From Candidatus Parcubacteria bacterium (lineage in GTDB: Bacteria; Patescibacteriota; Minisyncoccia; Phycocordibacterales; PALSA-1337), in contig JBEBAU010000021.1 in NCBI GenBank assembly GCA_041158765.1, positions 1 through 56,885 of the forward strand: a stretch of DNA of 56,885 bases, given 5' to 3'. Both the position numbers and the translations under genes were made by a program. The notes beneath the pieces were generated by a model. It ran no database searches and was not told where the DNA came from. It worked only from the letters and a program-made list of their open reading frames with translations. Positions 43,526-52,176 of this stretch are shown piece by piece. Positions within the stretch are counted from its first letter, which is position 1; every line of letters starts with the position of its first letter.

Positions 43526-43978
43526 ATGAAAGTTATTTTTCTGAAAGACGTGCCGAAAATAGGCAAAAAATACGAAACCAAAGAAATCGCTGATGGATAT
43601 GCGATCAATATGCTCATACCAAAAGGTGTCGCAATAGCTGCTACTCCTGCCGCTGTGAAGCGAATTGATCTTGAAAAGGCACGCTTGATGGGTGAGCAGA
43701 AGGTTCACGAAGAGCTTCTCATGAAGAATCTCAAGGAGATTGATGGGGTGAGCATTGTTATTTCAGAGAAGGCCAATGAAAAGGGTCACCTCTTCGCTGG
43801 TATTCACAAGCCTGAGCTTATTCTCAAGATTCAACAGCAGACACGTGTTCAAATCGCCCCAGACTATATTGTGCTCGACAAACCAATCAAAGAGACTGGC
43901 GAATACACTATTCAAGTGAAAGCAGGGGATCAAGCTAACAAAACCGCCAAGTTCAAGCTCACGGTGAAGGCTGCCTAA
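43526..43978 (+). CDS. rplI: 50S ribosomal protein L9
   Basis: [37 protein letters not shown]. The start is moved to ATG 43526. Confidence 0.9.
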   Translation: MKVIFLKDVPKIGKKYETKEIADGYAINMLIPKGVAIAATPAAVKRIDLEKARLMGEQKVHEELLMKNLKEIDGVSIVISEKANEKGHLFAGIHKPELILKIQQQTRVQIAPDYIVLDKPIKETGEYTIQVKAGDQANKTAKFKLTVKAA

Positions 43979-44058
43979 CGAGCAAGTGCCAAGCAAAACA
44001 CTAAAGGTACGACGTTTTTTGCGACTACACCTCCGGGAATATGAGATAGTAGCAATAA

Positions 44059-44105
44059 GGAAATTTTCGGACAACTGACTTGGTTTCAGTTGTCCGAAAA
44101 TTTAC
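44059..44105. repeat. inverted-repeat element, copy C (7-nt spacer; tight hairpin)
   Basis: GGAAATTTTCGGACAACTGA (44059-44078) and TCAGTTGTCCGAAAATTTAC (44086-44105). 19/20 positions are complementary. Confidence 0.85.
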
Positions 44106-44153
44106 ACATCATAGTAATAGAGGAAATCGCCTACAAAAATAAGTGGTAGACAA

Positions 44154-44183
44154 CAAAAAAACCTCTGAAATGGAGGCTTTTTT
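44154..44183. terminator. bidirectional terminator between rplI and rpmA
   Basis: Short stem AACCTC/GAGGCT flanked by AAAAAAA and TTTTTT. Confidence 0.5.
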
Positions 44184-44206
44184 GATTTCTATTTCTGTGT
44201 GTTGTG

Positions 44207-44488
44207 TTATTTTGCTGGAACGACGTGAACAATCTTCTTGCGCATGATTGTATTGTCGAAGTGAACCTTACGCTTGCTTCCGAATTTCACAATACCGTCC
44301 TTGAGAGCAAAGAGGGTATGATCCTTGCCCATGCCGATATTTCGGCCAGGAAGAACGTCAGTACCGCGCTGTCGCACGATAATAGAACCAATCTGTGCCA
44401 TTTCACCATCATTAACCTTCACACCGAGATACTGTGGTCCCGAATCTCGGCCGTTTTTTGTTGATCCTCCTGCTTTTTTGGTTGCCAT
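44207..44488 (-). CDS. rpmA: 50S ribosomal protein L27
   Basis: [24 protein letters not shown]...[10 protein letters not shown].... Confidence 0.93.
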   Translation of the reverse strand: MATKKAGGSTKNGRDSGPQYLGVKVNDGEMAQIGSIIVRQRGTDVLPGRNIGMGKDHTLFALKDGIVKFGSKRKVHFDNTIMRKKIVHVVPAK

Positions 44489-44497
44489 AGTGGGAAT

Positions 44498-44506
44498 AGT
44501 ATAGCA
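44498..44506 (-). promoter_or_regulatory. extended -10 element (TGcTATACT) of rpmA, leaderless spacing
   Basis: The complement of 44498-44506 reads TGCTATACT. 9 nt separate it from the start codon at 44488. Confidence 0.5.
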
Positions 44507-44659
44507 GAGAGCCCAAAAAAAGCAATAGCCGGAAGCTGAAATAGCGATTTCTGCTCATTTCAACAAAGTGAATAAGCCACCCCTTGAAAAGTCCCAAATA
44601 GTATTGTCCAAAAACCTATATTTTACAACGTATAATCATGATTTTGGGACTATAAGCAC

Positions 44660-44688
44660 TTGACACGCGTTTTCAAAAATGCTACTAT
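44660..44688 (+). promoter_or_regulatory. sigma70-type promoter (TTGACA-17-TGcTACTAT)
   Basis: TTGACA 44660-44665, a 17-nt spacer, then TACTAT 44683-44688. Confidence 0.55.
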
Positions 44689-44741
44689 ATACCCATGGAT
44701 GACGTACTGGGCAGTTGCCTGGATACGTCGTTTTAAATTAT

Positions 44742-45239
44742 ATGATTGAACTTATTACCGGCATTTCGATCCTTGCTTCGACGGTATCGCTTCACATGAG
44801 CGCTATTGGCGCAGCAACATCGACTGCTTCTACGACAGACGCCGCAACTACAACAGCTACGACGACCGTACAGGAGCAAACCATGGATCAGACTCAGGTT
44901 GAACGTCTCGTATCTTATAAAACTCACGTAACAGCTTATTTTGCAGATACACCAATGCTTATTGACATTGCACGCTGTGAATCAGAATTCCGACAGTATG
45001 ATCGCCAAGGAAATCTCATTCGTGGCAGAGTAAATGATCAAGATGTTGGTATTATGCAAATTAATGAAAAATACCACCTCGAAAAGTCGAAGTCACTCGG
45101 CTACGACATATATACCGTTGAAGGCAACCTCGCATATGCAAAATACATATACGAAAAACAGGGAGGTGCTCCTTGGTCAGCTTCACAAAAGTGCTGGTCA
45201 AAGTATTCACCAACAGATGCTTCAATTGCAATGAAATAA
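44742..45239 (+). CDS. lytic transglycosylase-like (lysozyme-fold) secreted protein
   Basis: N-terminal hydrophobic segment, A/T-rich linker, IDIARCESEFRQY ... DVGIMQINEKYH (an SLT-like catalytic Glu-Ser context). The start could be TTG 44715. Confidence 0.65.
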   Translation: MIELITGISILASTVSLHMSAIGAATSTASTTDAATTTATTTVQEQTMDQTQVERLVSYKTHVTAYFADTPMLIDIARCESEFRQYDRQGNLIRGRVNDQDVGIMQINEKYHLEKSKSLGYDIYTVEGNLAYAKYIYEKQGGAPWSASQKCWSKYSPTDASIAMK

Positions 45240-45277
45240 TTTGGCAGAAAAATAAAACCCCCTAAACAAAAAGAAAA

Positions 45278-45310
45278 CCGGCACACAGTGATGTGTGCCG
45301 GTTTTCTTTT
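45278..45310. terminator. bidirectional intrinsic terminator
   Basis: CCGGCACAC-N6-GTGTGCCGG followed by TTTTCTTTT and preceded by AAAAGAAAA. Confidence 0.75.
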
Positions 45311-45334
45311 ATATATAATAAAAAATCACACATT

Positions 45335-45913
45335 TTATGATGTATGATTGGGTTTCCAATTGTCTGGCGGCACAAAAATTTCATAACCGCGACGCTCGGG
45401 GTTCTCTTTTTTCCAAGTGATTCTCATAATGAAGAGAATTTTCCATCCTGTGTAATCAAAGCCTACAGCACCACAACTATCATAGAAGGTATTGGCAGTG
45501 CTTATGACATCCTTTACGGACATCTTTTCGGTAATTGGTGACCACGATTGACGGGATATCCCTGGCAGAAGTTTGGGTAAGTGATAAATCACCTCATACA
45601 GGACTCCATTTCCAATGAAGGCGGGGATGAGACCGCCCACTGAATCGAAGAAATTTTTCCCGTATTTACTTTTGCCAAGCCACTTTCGCGACCTCGCATT
45701 CATCTTCCAAGTGCTCGTTGCTTCCATGTTGAGGTTTTCGAATGGTCGAACCGCAACAAAAGACGTATTTGCGGCAAGCTTGTCGTAATATGCTTTTTCT
45801 TCACCGGACATCCAGCAATGGCAGATGCCAATGCATGGTCCACCAATCATGGGGTGTCGGAAAAAGGACATTCCGAATTTATTGTCGAGGACTCTGTATT
45901 TGTTAGTTTTCAA
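45335..45913 (-). CDS. hypothetical protein (GC-richer orphan, 192 aa)
   Basis: TTG start with AGGAG 4 nt upstream (complement of 45918-45922). No family recognised. Confidence 0.5.
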   Translation of the reverse strand: MKTNKYRVLDNKFGMSFFRHPMIGGPCIGICHCWMSGEEKAYYDKLAANTSFVAVRPFENLNMEATSTWKMNARSRKWLGKSKYGKNFFDSVGGLIPAFIGNGVLYEVIYHLPKLLPGISRQSWSPITEKMSVKDVISTANTFYDSCGAVGFDYTGWKILFIMRITWKKENPERRGYEIFVPPDNWKPNHTS

Positions 45914-46013
45914 GTTACTCCTATCGTATAGATGAGGTTTGTTATCTTTGGACCCAGGGTATACCCGGTGTTAATCCAGCAGTAACCTTAACCAAAGAGT
46001 TCAACAAAAGCAA

Positions 46014-46817
46014 CTAGATTGTAAGAGGCGTCTCTATTTCACTATTAACACTTTCATCGTGTCCATGTTCATGAGCGCCAAGCATACCGACGGCAATCAT
46101 TACTGCTGCTCCAAGCAAAATTGCCCAGATATACATGAAAACTTTTTTTGAAGACTTGATCGATCGCACAGTAGAGGGAATTAAATCTTGAAGAAGCACT
46201 GACAAAAAGCCTCCGGCAGCTAAGCCCAAAAGGGTAGATTCATATTGCTCAAAGAAATCAAGAAAATAGAACGATCCGACTGCACCAATCAGAATTGTTG
46301 TAGAAACCAAGAAGTTTCGAATCAATGCCTGTTTTGTGCTATATCCGGACTGCTTGAGAACAAAAAACTCTGTTGCTTCTTGAACTAGCTCATGAATCAA
46401 AACCGAAAGCGCAATTCCGATACCAACTGATCCGCCAGCGAGAAATGAAGCAGTAATAAGTATACCGTCAGCAATGTTATGCAATCCGTCACTTACAAGA
46501 ATACGTGTAGCACTTCTGCGTGAGTGTGGGTGTTCTGTATCTTCTGTGTGGTGGTGATGAAATTCTGGAATAAGATTTGAAAGTCCAATTGAAATAAGCG
46601 CACCAATTAATACCCAAATTACTGTTATCCCTAATTCTCCATGCCCACTCGATTCTTGAAAGAGGAGGAAAGCGACCACTCCAAATACGCCAATTGCAAA
46701 ACTAGTAAGTAAACTAAGATTCTTTTCAACGAATATATGAACCTTGGTAGAAATTGTGAATATTCCAACCAAAGAAGCGAGCATTATAATACAGCTTGTT
46801 ATAAGAATTTCTAACAT
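46014..46817 (-). CDS. ZIP-family divalent metal (zinc) transporter
   Basis: Eight TM segments. His-rich loop EFHHHHTEDTEHPH. HNIADG and HELVQE motifs are typical of ZupT/ZIP. Confidence 0.88.
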   Translation of the reverse strand: MLEILITSCIIMLASLVGIFTISTKVHIFVEKNLSLLTSFAIGVFGVVAFLLFQESSGHGELGITVIWVLIGALISIGLSNLIPEFHHHHTEDTEHPHSRRSATRILVSDGLHNIADGILITASFLAGGSVGIGIALSVLIHELVQEATEFFVLKQSGYSTKQALIRNFLVSTTILIGAVGSFYFLDFFEQYESTLLGLAAGGFLSVLLQDLIPSTVRSIKSSKKVFMYIWAILLGAAVMIAVGMLGAHEHGHDESVNSEIETPLTI

Positions 46818-46879
46818 AATTGATGTCTATTATTTGTATAAATGTATAATTATGTACAAGAATACATGATATGAAACCC

Positions 46880-46900
46880 AAATGCAACTAATTTGCATTT
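46880..46900. promoter_or_regulatory. candidate metalloregulator (Zur/Fur-type) operator upstream of the ZIP gene
   Basis: AAATGCAACT-A-ATTTGCATTT is a 10-1-10 palindrome with 9/10 complementary positions, 63-83 nt upstream of the ZIP start codon. Confidence 0.4.
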
Positions 46901-47145
46901 ATACGATATCGAATTGTCCAAACTATTTTATAGAGATACGAATGACTTCAAAAATATTCTGCTGCAGTACACGTATCGCAACGAGTGATAGATCATGTGG
47001 GGAATTAACTGTCCGAATTTTTGAAAGCGACACATATAGATACACCCAAACACCCGAAGGGCAATGTAAATCGAGCCAAACTAACCCCGCCGTCTCTATT
47101 GTGGTCGTGTCGCACAATATATCTTTTACGACTCTACTATAGAGG

Positions 47146-47182
47146 AGAAAAGGCTCCAAAGAGGTCTATACCTATTGGAGCC
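47146..47182 (-). terminator. intrinsic terminator of the 126-aa gene
   Basis: On the minus strand, GGCTCCAA-N15-TTGGAGCC is followed by TTTTCTCC. Confidence 0.55.
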
Positions 47183-47218
47183 TGCCACACATCTTCTCCT
47201 TATCTTTGAATACTCGGG

Positions 47219-47599
47219 TTAATTCGCGCTTGGCATTGGCAACTGTGGAGCCATGTTAATGAGATCTCCTCCTGCGCCGTTCTGAGCACTTGGTCCACCA
47301 GCACTGCCACTCATAATACCTTTTGAACCATGTTGCATGACATCAAGCGCTGTTGCCCAAATATATTTCAAAAAAATTTCATTCCAAACATACATAACCG
47401 GTGTTTTCAAAAATGTATTCCAAACACCTGACACAAATTCTGTTACATAACTAAAATTACTGTGCGTTGTCGGTGACTCTACTGTCTTACGAAGATCAAA
47501 ACCATAATAACTGAGTACAAGGAGGGCAATAACAAGGATGATAATAATCTTCACTATTCCCTTCTGGCCCCCATTATTTGCATTGAAATAATTTTTCAT
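47219..47599 (-). CDS. hypothetical membrane-anchored protein (126 aa)
   Basis: One N-terminal TM helix (IVKIIIILVIALLVLSYY). G/S/A-rich C-terminus. No family recognised. Confidence 0.5.
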   Translation of the reverse strand: MKNYFNANNGGQKGIVKIIIILVIALLVLSYYGFDLRKTVESPTTHSNFSYVTEFVSGVWNTFLKTPVMYVWNEIFLKYIWATALDVMQHGSKGIMSGSAGGPSAQNGAGGDLINMAPQLPMPSAN

Positions 47600-47634
47600 G
47601 GTGAAATTATATCATGAATTATTTGTGTGAAAGA

Positions 47635-48957
47635 CTAGAGATATGAAAGTGGATTCAGATACGCTTTTGGATCAGCGAGTGGGATAGTTGCTCCGACACA
47701 ATTGCGGCTTTGGCTAGCGCTAAGGGTCGTTATACGAACTCCTTGAGTTGCATATACGCCATAATGGAGGTGCGGGCCTGTAGTGTATCCAGTATTACCG
47801 CTATATCCGATGATTTGACCCGTTGATACTGCTTGACCGACGCTCACGCTCTGGAGTGAAAGGTGCGCGTAGAGTGTTGATAGACCGTCTCCATGCTTCA
47901 CCATGATCCACTTTCCGAATGAATAGCATCCTCGTGCAAGATCAGTGTTAGCGACGCCAACAACAGTACCTGAGAGCGAAGCTCGCACCGGAGTACCAAT
48001 AGATGCAGCAAAGTCCACACCAGTATGCCCTTGACCCTTATAAATCTGAGGATTAAGTGTAGCAAAAGGTGTATTACCGAAATACTGCGTTATACGAACA
48101 TTATCAAGTGGATATGAAAGCACTCCAGAGCCTGTATGCGGAATACTGCTTGGATCAATGGCAATACGAAGTGCAGATTCGAGGTCATTAATTTCAGATT
48201 GAAGAGCTGCTTGTTGAGCCTTTTTTGTTGCGAGGGTTTTTTGATATCCAGCTTCAGTATCTTTTGTTTGCTTGAGAAGTGAATTCTGTTGAGCTGTGGT
48301 GTCGAGTACGATCTTTTTTTGGCTTTGCAATTGATTGGTGAGCGTCACGAGTTCAGCCTTCTTCTGTTCGGTTGCAGCCTTATTTGTTTGGAGTTGTTGC
48401 TTTACATTTTTCAATAAAATAATCTTCGAACGAACTCCATCCTGTAAAAAAGCAAGACTATCTACTGAAGCAAGAATGTGTGAAAGACTTTTCTGCTCAA
48501 GAACAGTTTCAATAAGAGACTGATCTGATGATTGATAGAGCTTATTTAGCGATTGCGCAATGATGGTGCGATCAGTATCAATATTGTTTTGTTTGGTATT
48601 AATATCGAGACCAAGACGCTGTATTTCGAGGTTTGTTTGATCGATTTTTGCTTGAGTTACTTTTATATTTGCTTCGAGTTTTTTGCGTGAAAGGTCAAGT
48701 TCGGCAATTGTATTCTTGAGCGAATTTGCTTGTTTGCCAAGACTATCAATATCAGCTTGATAACCTTTTATTTCAGCTTCGAGCTTAGAGATACTTGCAT
48801 TTCTATCAGTAATTTTGGCTTGAATATCAGTTACGGTATCCGCATGTACCGAATATGTGAAAGACCCTGCACACACAGCAACTGCTATCACCAATAGCAA
48901 AGCAAAAATATATGTGTGTTGTTTCGGAATTTGTATTTGGAGTTTTTTAGAGGGCAT
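47635..48957 (-). CDS. M23-family peptidoglycan metalloendopeptidase with long coiled coil (EnvC-like architecture)
   Basis: N-terminal anchor, about 250 aa of coiled coil, and C-terminal HTGVDFAA...GTVVGV...HLHYGVY (LytM/M23 motifs). Confidence 0.88.
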   Translation of the reverse strand: MPSKKLQIQIPKQHTYIFALLLVIAVAVCAGSFTYSVHADTVTDIQAKITDRNASISKLEAEIKGYQADIDSLGKQANSLKNTIAELDLSRKKLEANIKVTQAKIDQTNLEIQRLGLDINTKQNNIDTDRTIIAQSLNKLYQSSDQSLIETVLEQKSLSHILASVDSLAFLQDGVRSKIILLKNVKQQLQTNKAATEQKKAELVTLTNQLQSQKKIVLDTTAQQNSLLKQTKDTEAGYQKTLATKKAQQAALQSEINDLESALRIAIDPSSIPHTGSGVLSYPLDNVRITQYFGNTPFATLNPQIYKGQGHTGVDFAASIGTPVRASLSGTVVGVANTDLARGCYSFGKWIMVKHGDGLSTLYAHLSLQSVSVGQAVSTGQIIGYSGNTGYTTGPHLHYGVYATQGVRITTLSASQSRNCVGATIPLADPKAYLNPLSYL

Positions 48958-50341
48958 TATATGCTCGATTCAAACGAGCGAGCGTCTCGTCCTTTCCGAG
49001 GATTTCAGAGATGATGAATGGATCTGGGGATTTTTGTTGACCAGATAGGGCATAGCGCATAGGCCACAAAACACTTCCCCTACCTCCCTGCTCCTTTGGA
49101 ATACTTGAAGCAAAATCCCAAATCGCGGCTTTCACTTTTTCAGCAGAAAATGTAGCGGAATCACCATCGAGTACAGAGAGAAGTTCAATGACTTTTTTCA
49201 GAGATGTTTTGACCTTTGAAATATCCGTCTCCCCTTTCCAGAGAAGCGCTGTTGGATCGTATGGAAGTGCACTACCAGTTGCACCACCACTGAAATCAAT
49301 AGTCATGAATGCAAGCTCTCCACCTGGTGCAAGCAATGTTCGAATATCTCCGAAAGAGCTGATTTTTTCTTGGAGAAGTGGTGCGATAGTAGTGAATGAA
49401 GGAAGATCCACAACTTCTGGAGCGCACTCTTTCACATGAGAAATAAACTCGGCCTTTGATAGCTTCGCAATGTACTGCTTATTAAACCAAGCGAGCTTTT
49501 CATCATTGAAAACTGCTCCGCCCTTCTGGACTTTTGTGAGATCGAATGCCTGTACAAGTTCATTAAGTGAAAAAAGTTCTTGTTCAGTACCCGGATTCCA
49601 ACCAAGAAGCGATATGAAATTGAGCACAGCCTCAGGAAGATATCCTCGAGTACGATATTCAGTAAGTGGTAATGCGCCTTTGCGTTTAGAAAGCTTGGAA
49701 CGATCTTCACCGAGAACAAGCGGCAAGTGTGCATAGAATGGGGTCGTAGCTCCAAGTGCCTGCTGAATAAGAATCTGTCGTGGAGTATTCGAAATATGAT
49801 CCTCTCCACGAATCACATGCGTCACACCCATAAGGTAATCATCGAGCACAACAACAAAGTGGAATATCGGTTCTTCAAGAGATTTTGCAATAACGAAATC
49901 ACCAAGCTCAGTCGTATCAAACTCAATATCACCACGAATCAAATCATGGAATAGAACCTTTTTGTTTGGATTTTTGAAACGGATAACCTCGGTGCGACCA
50001 CCTGGCTCTTTTGGAGTCTCTTTTGAAATATACGCTGTGCCATTCGTAATAAGCTTATTGAGCCACTCCTTGTAAATCTCAGTACGCTCTGACTGTCGAT
50101 ACATTGCATCATAATCGAGATGGAGCCATTTCAAGCTTTCAATAATATTATCTTCATTAGCTTTTGTTGAACGAATCTTATCTGTGTCTTCTATGCGAAG
50201 GATGAAATGTCCAGCGTGCTTACGAGCAAATAGATACGCAAAAACCGCTGTACGATAGCTACCAGCATGAAAAAGTCCCGTTGGAGACGGTGCAAATCGG
50301 GTTACAACCTTTGAATTGTTCGTGCTTTTTTCTACAGACAT
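48947..50341 (-). CDS. gltX: glutamate--tRNA ligase
   Basis: RFAPSPTGLFHAGSYRTA (HIGH-type), ILRIEDTD, and KLSKRKG. Confidence 0.93.
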   Translation of the reverse strand: MSVEKSTNNSKVVTRFAPSPTGLFHAGSYRTAVFAYLFARKHAGHFILRIEDTDKIRSTKANEDNIIESLKWLHLDYDAMYRQSERTEIYKEWLNKLITNGTAYISKETPKEPGGRTEVIRFKNPNKKVLFHDLIRGDIEFDTTELGDFVIAKSLEEPIFHFVVVLDDYLMGVTHVIRGEDHISNTPRQILIQQALGATTPFYAHLPLVLGEDRSKLSKRKGALPLTEYRTRGYLPEAVLNFISLLGWNPGTEQELFSLNELVQAFDLTKVQKGGAVFNDEKLAWFNKQYIAKLSKAEFISHVKECAPEVVDLPSFTTIAPLLQEKISSFGDIRTLLAPGGELAFMTIDFSGGATGSALPYDPTALLWKGETDISKVKTSLKKVIELLSVLDGDSATFSAEKVKAAIWDFASSIPKEQGGRGSVLWPMRYALSGQQKSPDPFIISEILGKDETLARLNRAYNAL

Positions 50342-50384
50342 GTGTGAAATAAGTATAGCATTTATCAGCCTTTTTTGGAAAACA

Positions 50385-50447
50385 AAAAGAAAACACCTTT
50401 TGTTCAGAGACGTCCGGGGAGTCTCTTCAAAAAGGTGTTTTCTTTTT
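50385..50447 (-). terminator. long compound hairpin terminator
   Basis: 13-bp outer stem GAAAACACCTTTT/AAAAGGTGTTTTC and inner stem AGAGAC/GTCTCT, with T-runs on both sides. Lies downstream of the 166-aa gene. Confidence 0.7.
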
Positions 50448-50454
50448 ATTTCTG

Positions 50455-50955
50455 TTAGCCCTTGATTTCAGCAGCTGCTGATGTAGCGTGGAAGATTTTC
50501 ATGATGACATTGCCTGCAGCATCCTTCAGAGGAAGGTCTTTTGTTGCATCAAATGCATTGTCGCCATTTTCATTTGCGAGAACTGCGTAATAGGTACCTC
50601 CTTCAACTGTAGACTGAGTGAGGTTAACCTTGCCTGGATTGATACCCTTTGCAAACCACTGCTGACCAATGATCTTGCCTGGTACGCCAGCGGCATCAGT
50701 ATAGATTACAACCCAACCTGGAGCTGCAAGCTGAACTGATGACACGTATACAACGTTACCTGGGAACTGGTCTGAAACGATAATTCGATTTACAGATGCT
50801 GCTGTGCCAGAGTTGTCAGACTGATCTGTTCCGTCTGTTGTTGGAGCAACAGTCTTGCTACCACCGAACATATAGAAACCGAGCGCAATAATAATCACCA
50901 CAACGATACCAATAATACCCCATGTAGCCGGCTTTATTCCTTGATTCTCTTGCAT
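50455..50955 (-). CDS. hypothetical membrane-anchored extracytoplasmic protein (166 aa)
   Basis: N-terminal TM helix, T/S/D/G linker, and a probable beta-sandwich domain (VYVSSVQLAAPGWVVIYTDAAGVPGKIIG...). Family uncertain. Confidence 0.6.
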   Translation of the reverse strand: MQENQGIKPATWGIIGIVVVIIIALGFYMFGGSKTVAPTTDGTDQSDNSGTAASVNRIIVSDQFPGNVVYVSSVQLAAPGWVVIYTDAAGVPGKIIGQQWFAKGINPGKVNLTQSTVEGGTYYAVLANENGDNAFDATKDLPLKDAAGNVIMKIFHATSAAAEIKG

Positions 50956-51015
50956 AAATAATTAGAAAAAAATAAATAAACGAGTAATACATCGACCCCT
51001 ATAGTATAGCACCTT

Positions 51016-52161
51016 TTATTTTTCGTGTTCAAGACCAATAGCTAACAACGCATCAGCAAGTGCGAGAGCGGCATCAGGACGGCGGAAAGCTTGGGTTTTT
51101 GACTTCATGCTATCTTGTGTGTTCTTATTTTCAATAATCTTTTTTATCTCTGCAGTAAGAATATGTGAACTCAAATTGTGTTCAGCAATAACGACACAGG
51201 CACCCGTTCGCGCATATGCAAAAGCATTTTTTGTTTGATCATGACTAATTGCTTCTGGAAGCGGAATAAGGATTGATGGTAAGCCCCAGTTTGCAATTTC
51301 AAATATTGTTGAGCCAGCTCTTGAAACAACAACTGAGCTCACACCTGCCGACATTCGCATAGCGAGATCATTGAGATATTCAAATGCATGATATCGAGAA
51401 GCGTTAGGATTATCCTTGAGAACAACTTCTGCGGTAGCACTCACTTCTTTGAAATTCTTTTTTCCGGTTTGGTGAATAATCTGAATCGTCTTCACAAGCT
51501 CTGGCAAGCTATCTATCACTGCATCATTAATAACCGCTGAACCAAGTGAACCGCCAAGAATCATGATACATGGCACACCCTCCTCGAGATTAAGGAATTC
51601 AATAGCACCATTTGAAAGTGGTAAACGAATACCATCACGAATTGGATTACCAGTATACGCGATTCTTTCAACAGTCTTGGGAGAGATCTTTTTGAATTCA
51701 TCTGCTGCGTCTGGATATGACAAGGCTATATAACGAGCAAATTTTGCGGCCCATGCATTCACTCGTCCAGGATGACTATCTGATTCATGAATAACAACTG
51801 GAATGCGAAGTAATCGTGCAGCAAAAAGCGTTGGGAAGCTCGCATAGCCACCTTTTCCAAAGACAACATCAGGATACACACTAAAAAGCGATATGATTGC
51901 TTTCACAATACCAATTGCTGTAACGAATATATCGGTGAAATTAAGAATTGAAAAATATCTGCGAATCTTCCCTGCTGGGACTTGTACGAATTCAATTTCA
52001 TTATCAAAAAGCGCTCGAGGATTATAGCGACTCGTAGAAAAATAGTAGATTTTTGGTGGAATAATCTTGCGATCCTGTGCGTGCTTCCGGATTGCCTCAA
52101 CAATAGCAATCATTGGATAGAAGTGTCCTCCGGTTCCCCCTCCTGTAAATACAATTTTCAT
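51016..52161 (-). CDS. murG: undecaprenyldiphospho-muramoylpentapeptide beta-N-acetylglucosaminyltransferase
   Basis: MKIVFTGGGTGGHFYP N-terminus and a GT28 C-terminal domain. Adjacent to ftsW. Confidence 0.93.
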   Translation of the reverse strand: MKIVFTGGGTGGHFYPMIAIVEAIRKHAQDRKIIPPKIYYFSTSRYNPRALFDNEIEFVQVPAGKIRRYFSILNFTDIFVTAIGIVKAIISLFSVYPDVVFGKGGYASFPTLFAARLLRIPVVIHESDSHPGRVNAWAAKFARYIALSYPDAADEFKKISPKTVERIAYTGNPIRDGIRLPLSNGAIEFLNLEEGVPCIMILGGSLGSAVINDAVIDSLPELVKTIQIIHQTGKKNFKEVSATAEVVLKDNPNASRYHAFEYLNDLAMRMSAGVSSVVVSRAGSTIFEIANWGLPSILIPLPEAISHDQTKNAFAYARTGACVVIAEHNLSSHILTAEIKKIIENKNTQDSMKSKTQAFRRPDAALALADALLAIGLEHEK

Positions 52162-52176
52162 AATAATGGTAATAAA

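Noticed and set aside
35766-44488. rplU (L21) and rpmA (L27) are unlinked and on opposite strands, and rplI is not next to dnaB.
   Set aside because: This departs from the common rplU-(ysxB)-rpmA and rplI-dnaB arrangements. However, gene-order scrambling is frequent in reduced genomes, and there is no sequence feature to follow up.
46882-47159. Track ORFs of 86 aa (plus strand) and 78 aa (minus strand) in the long ZIP-upstream gap.
   Set aside because: One begins inside the operator-like palindrome. The other begins with TTG inside a terminator stem. Both products are unrecognisable and they overlap each other.
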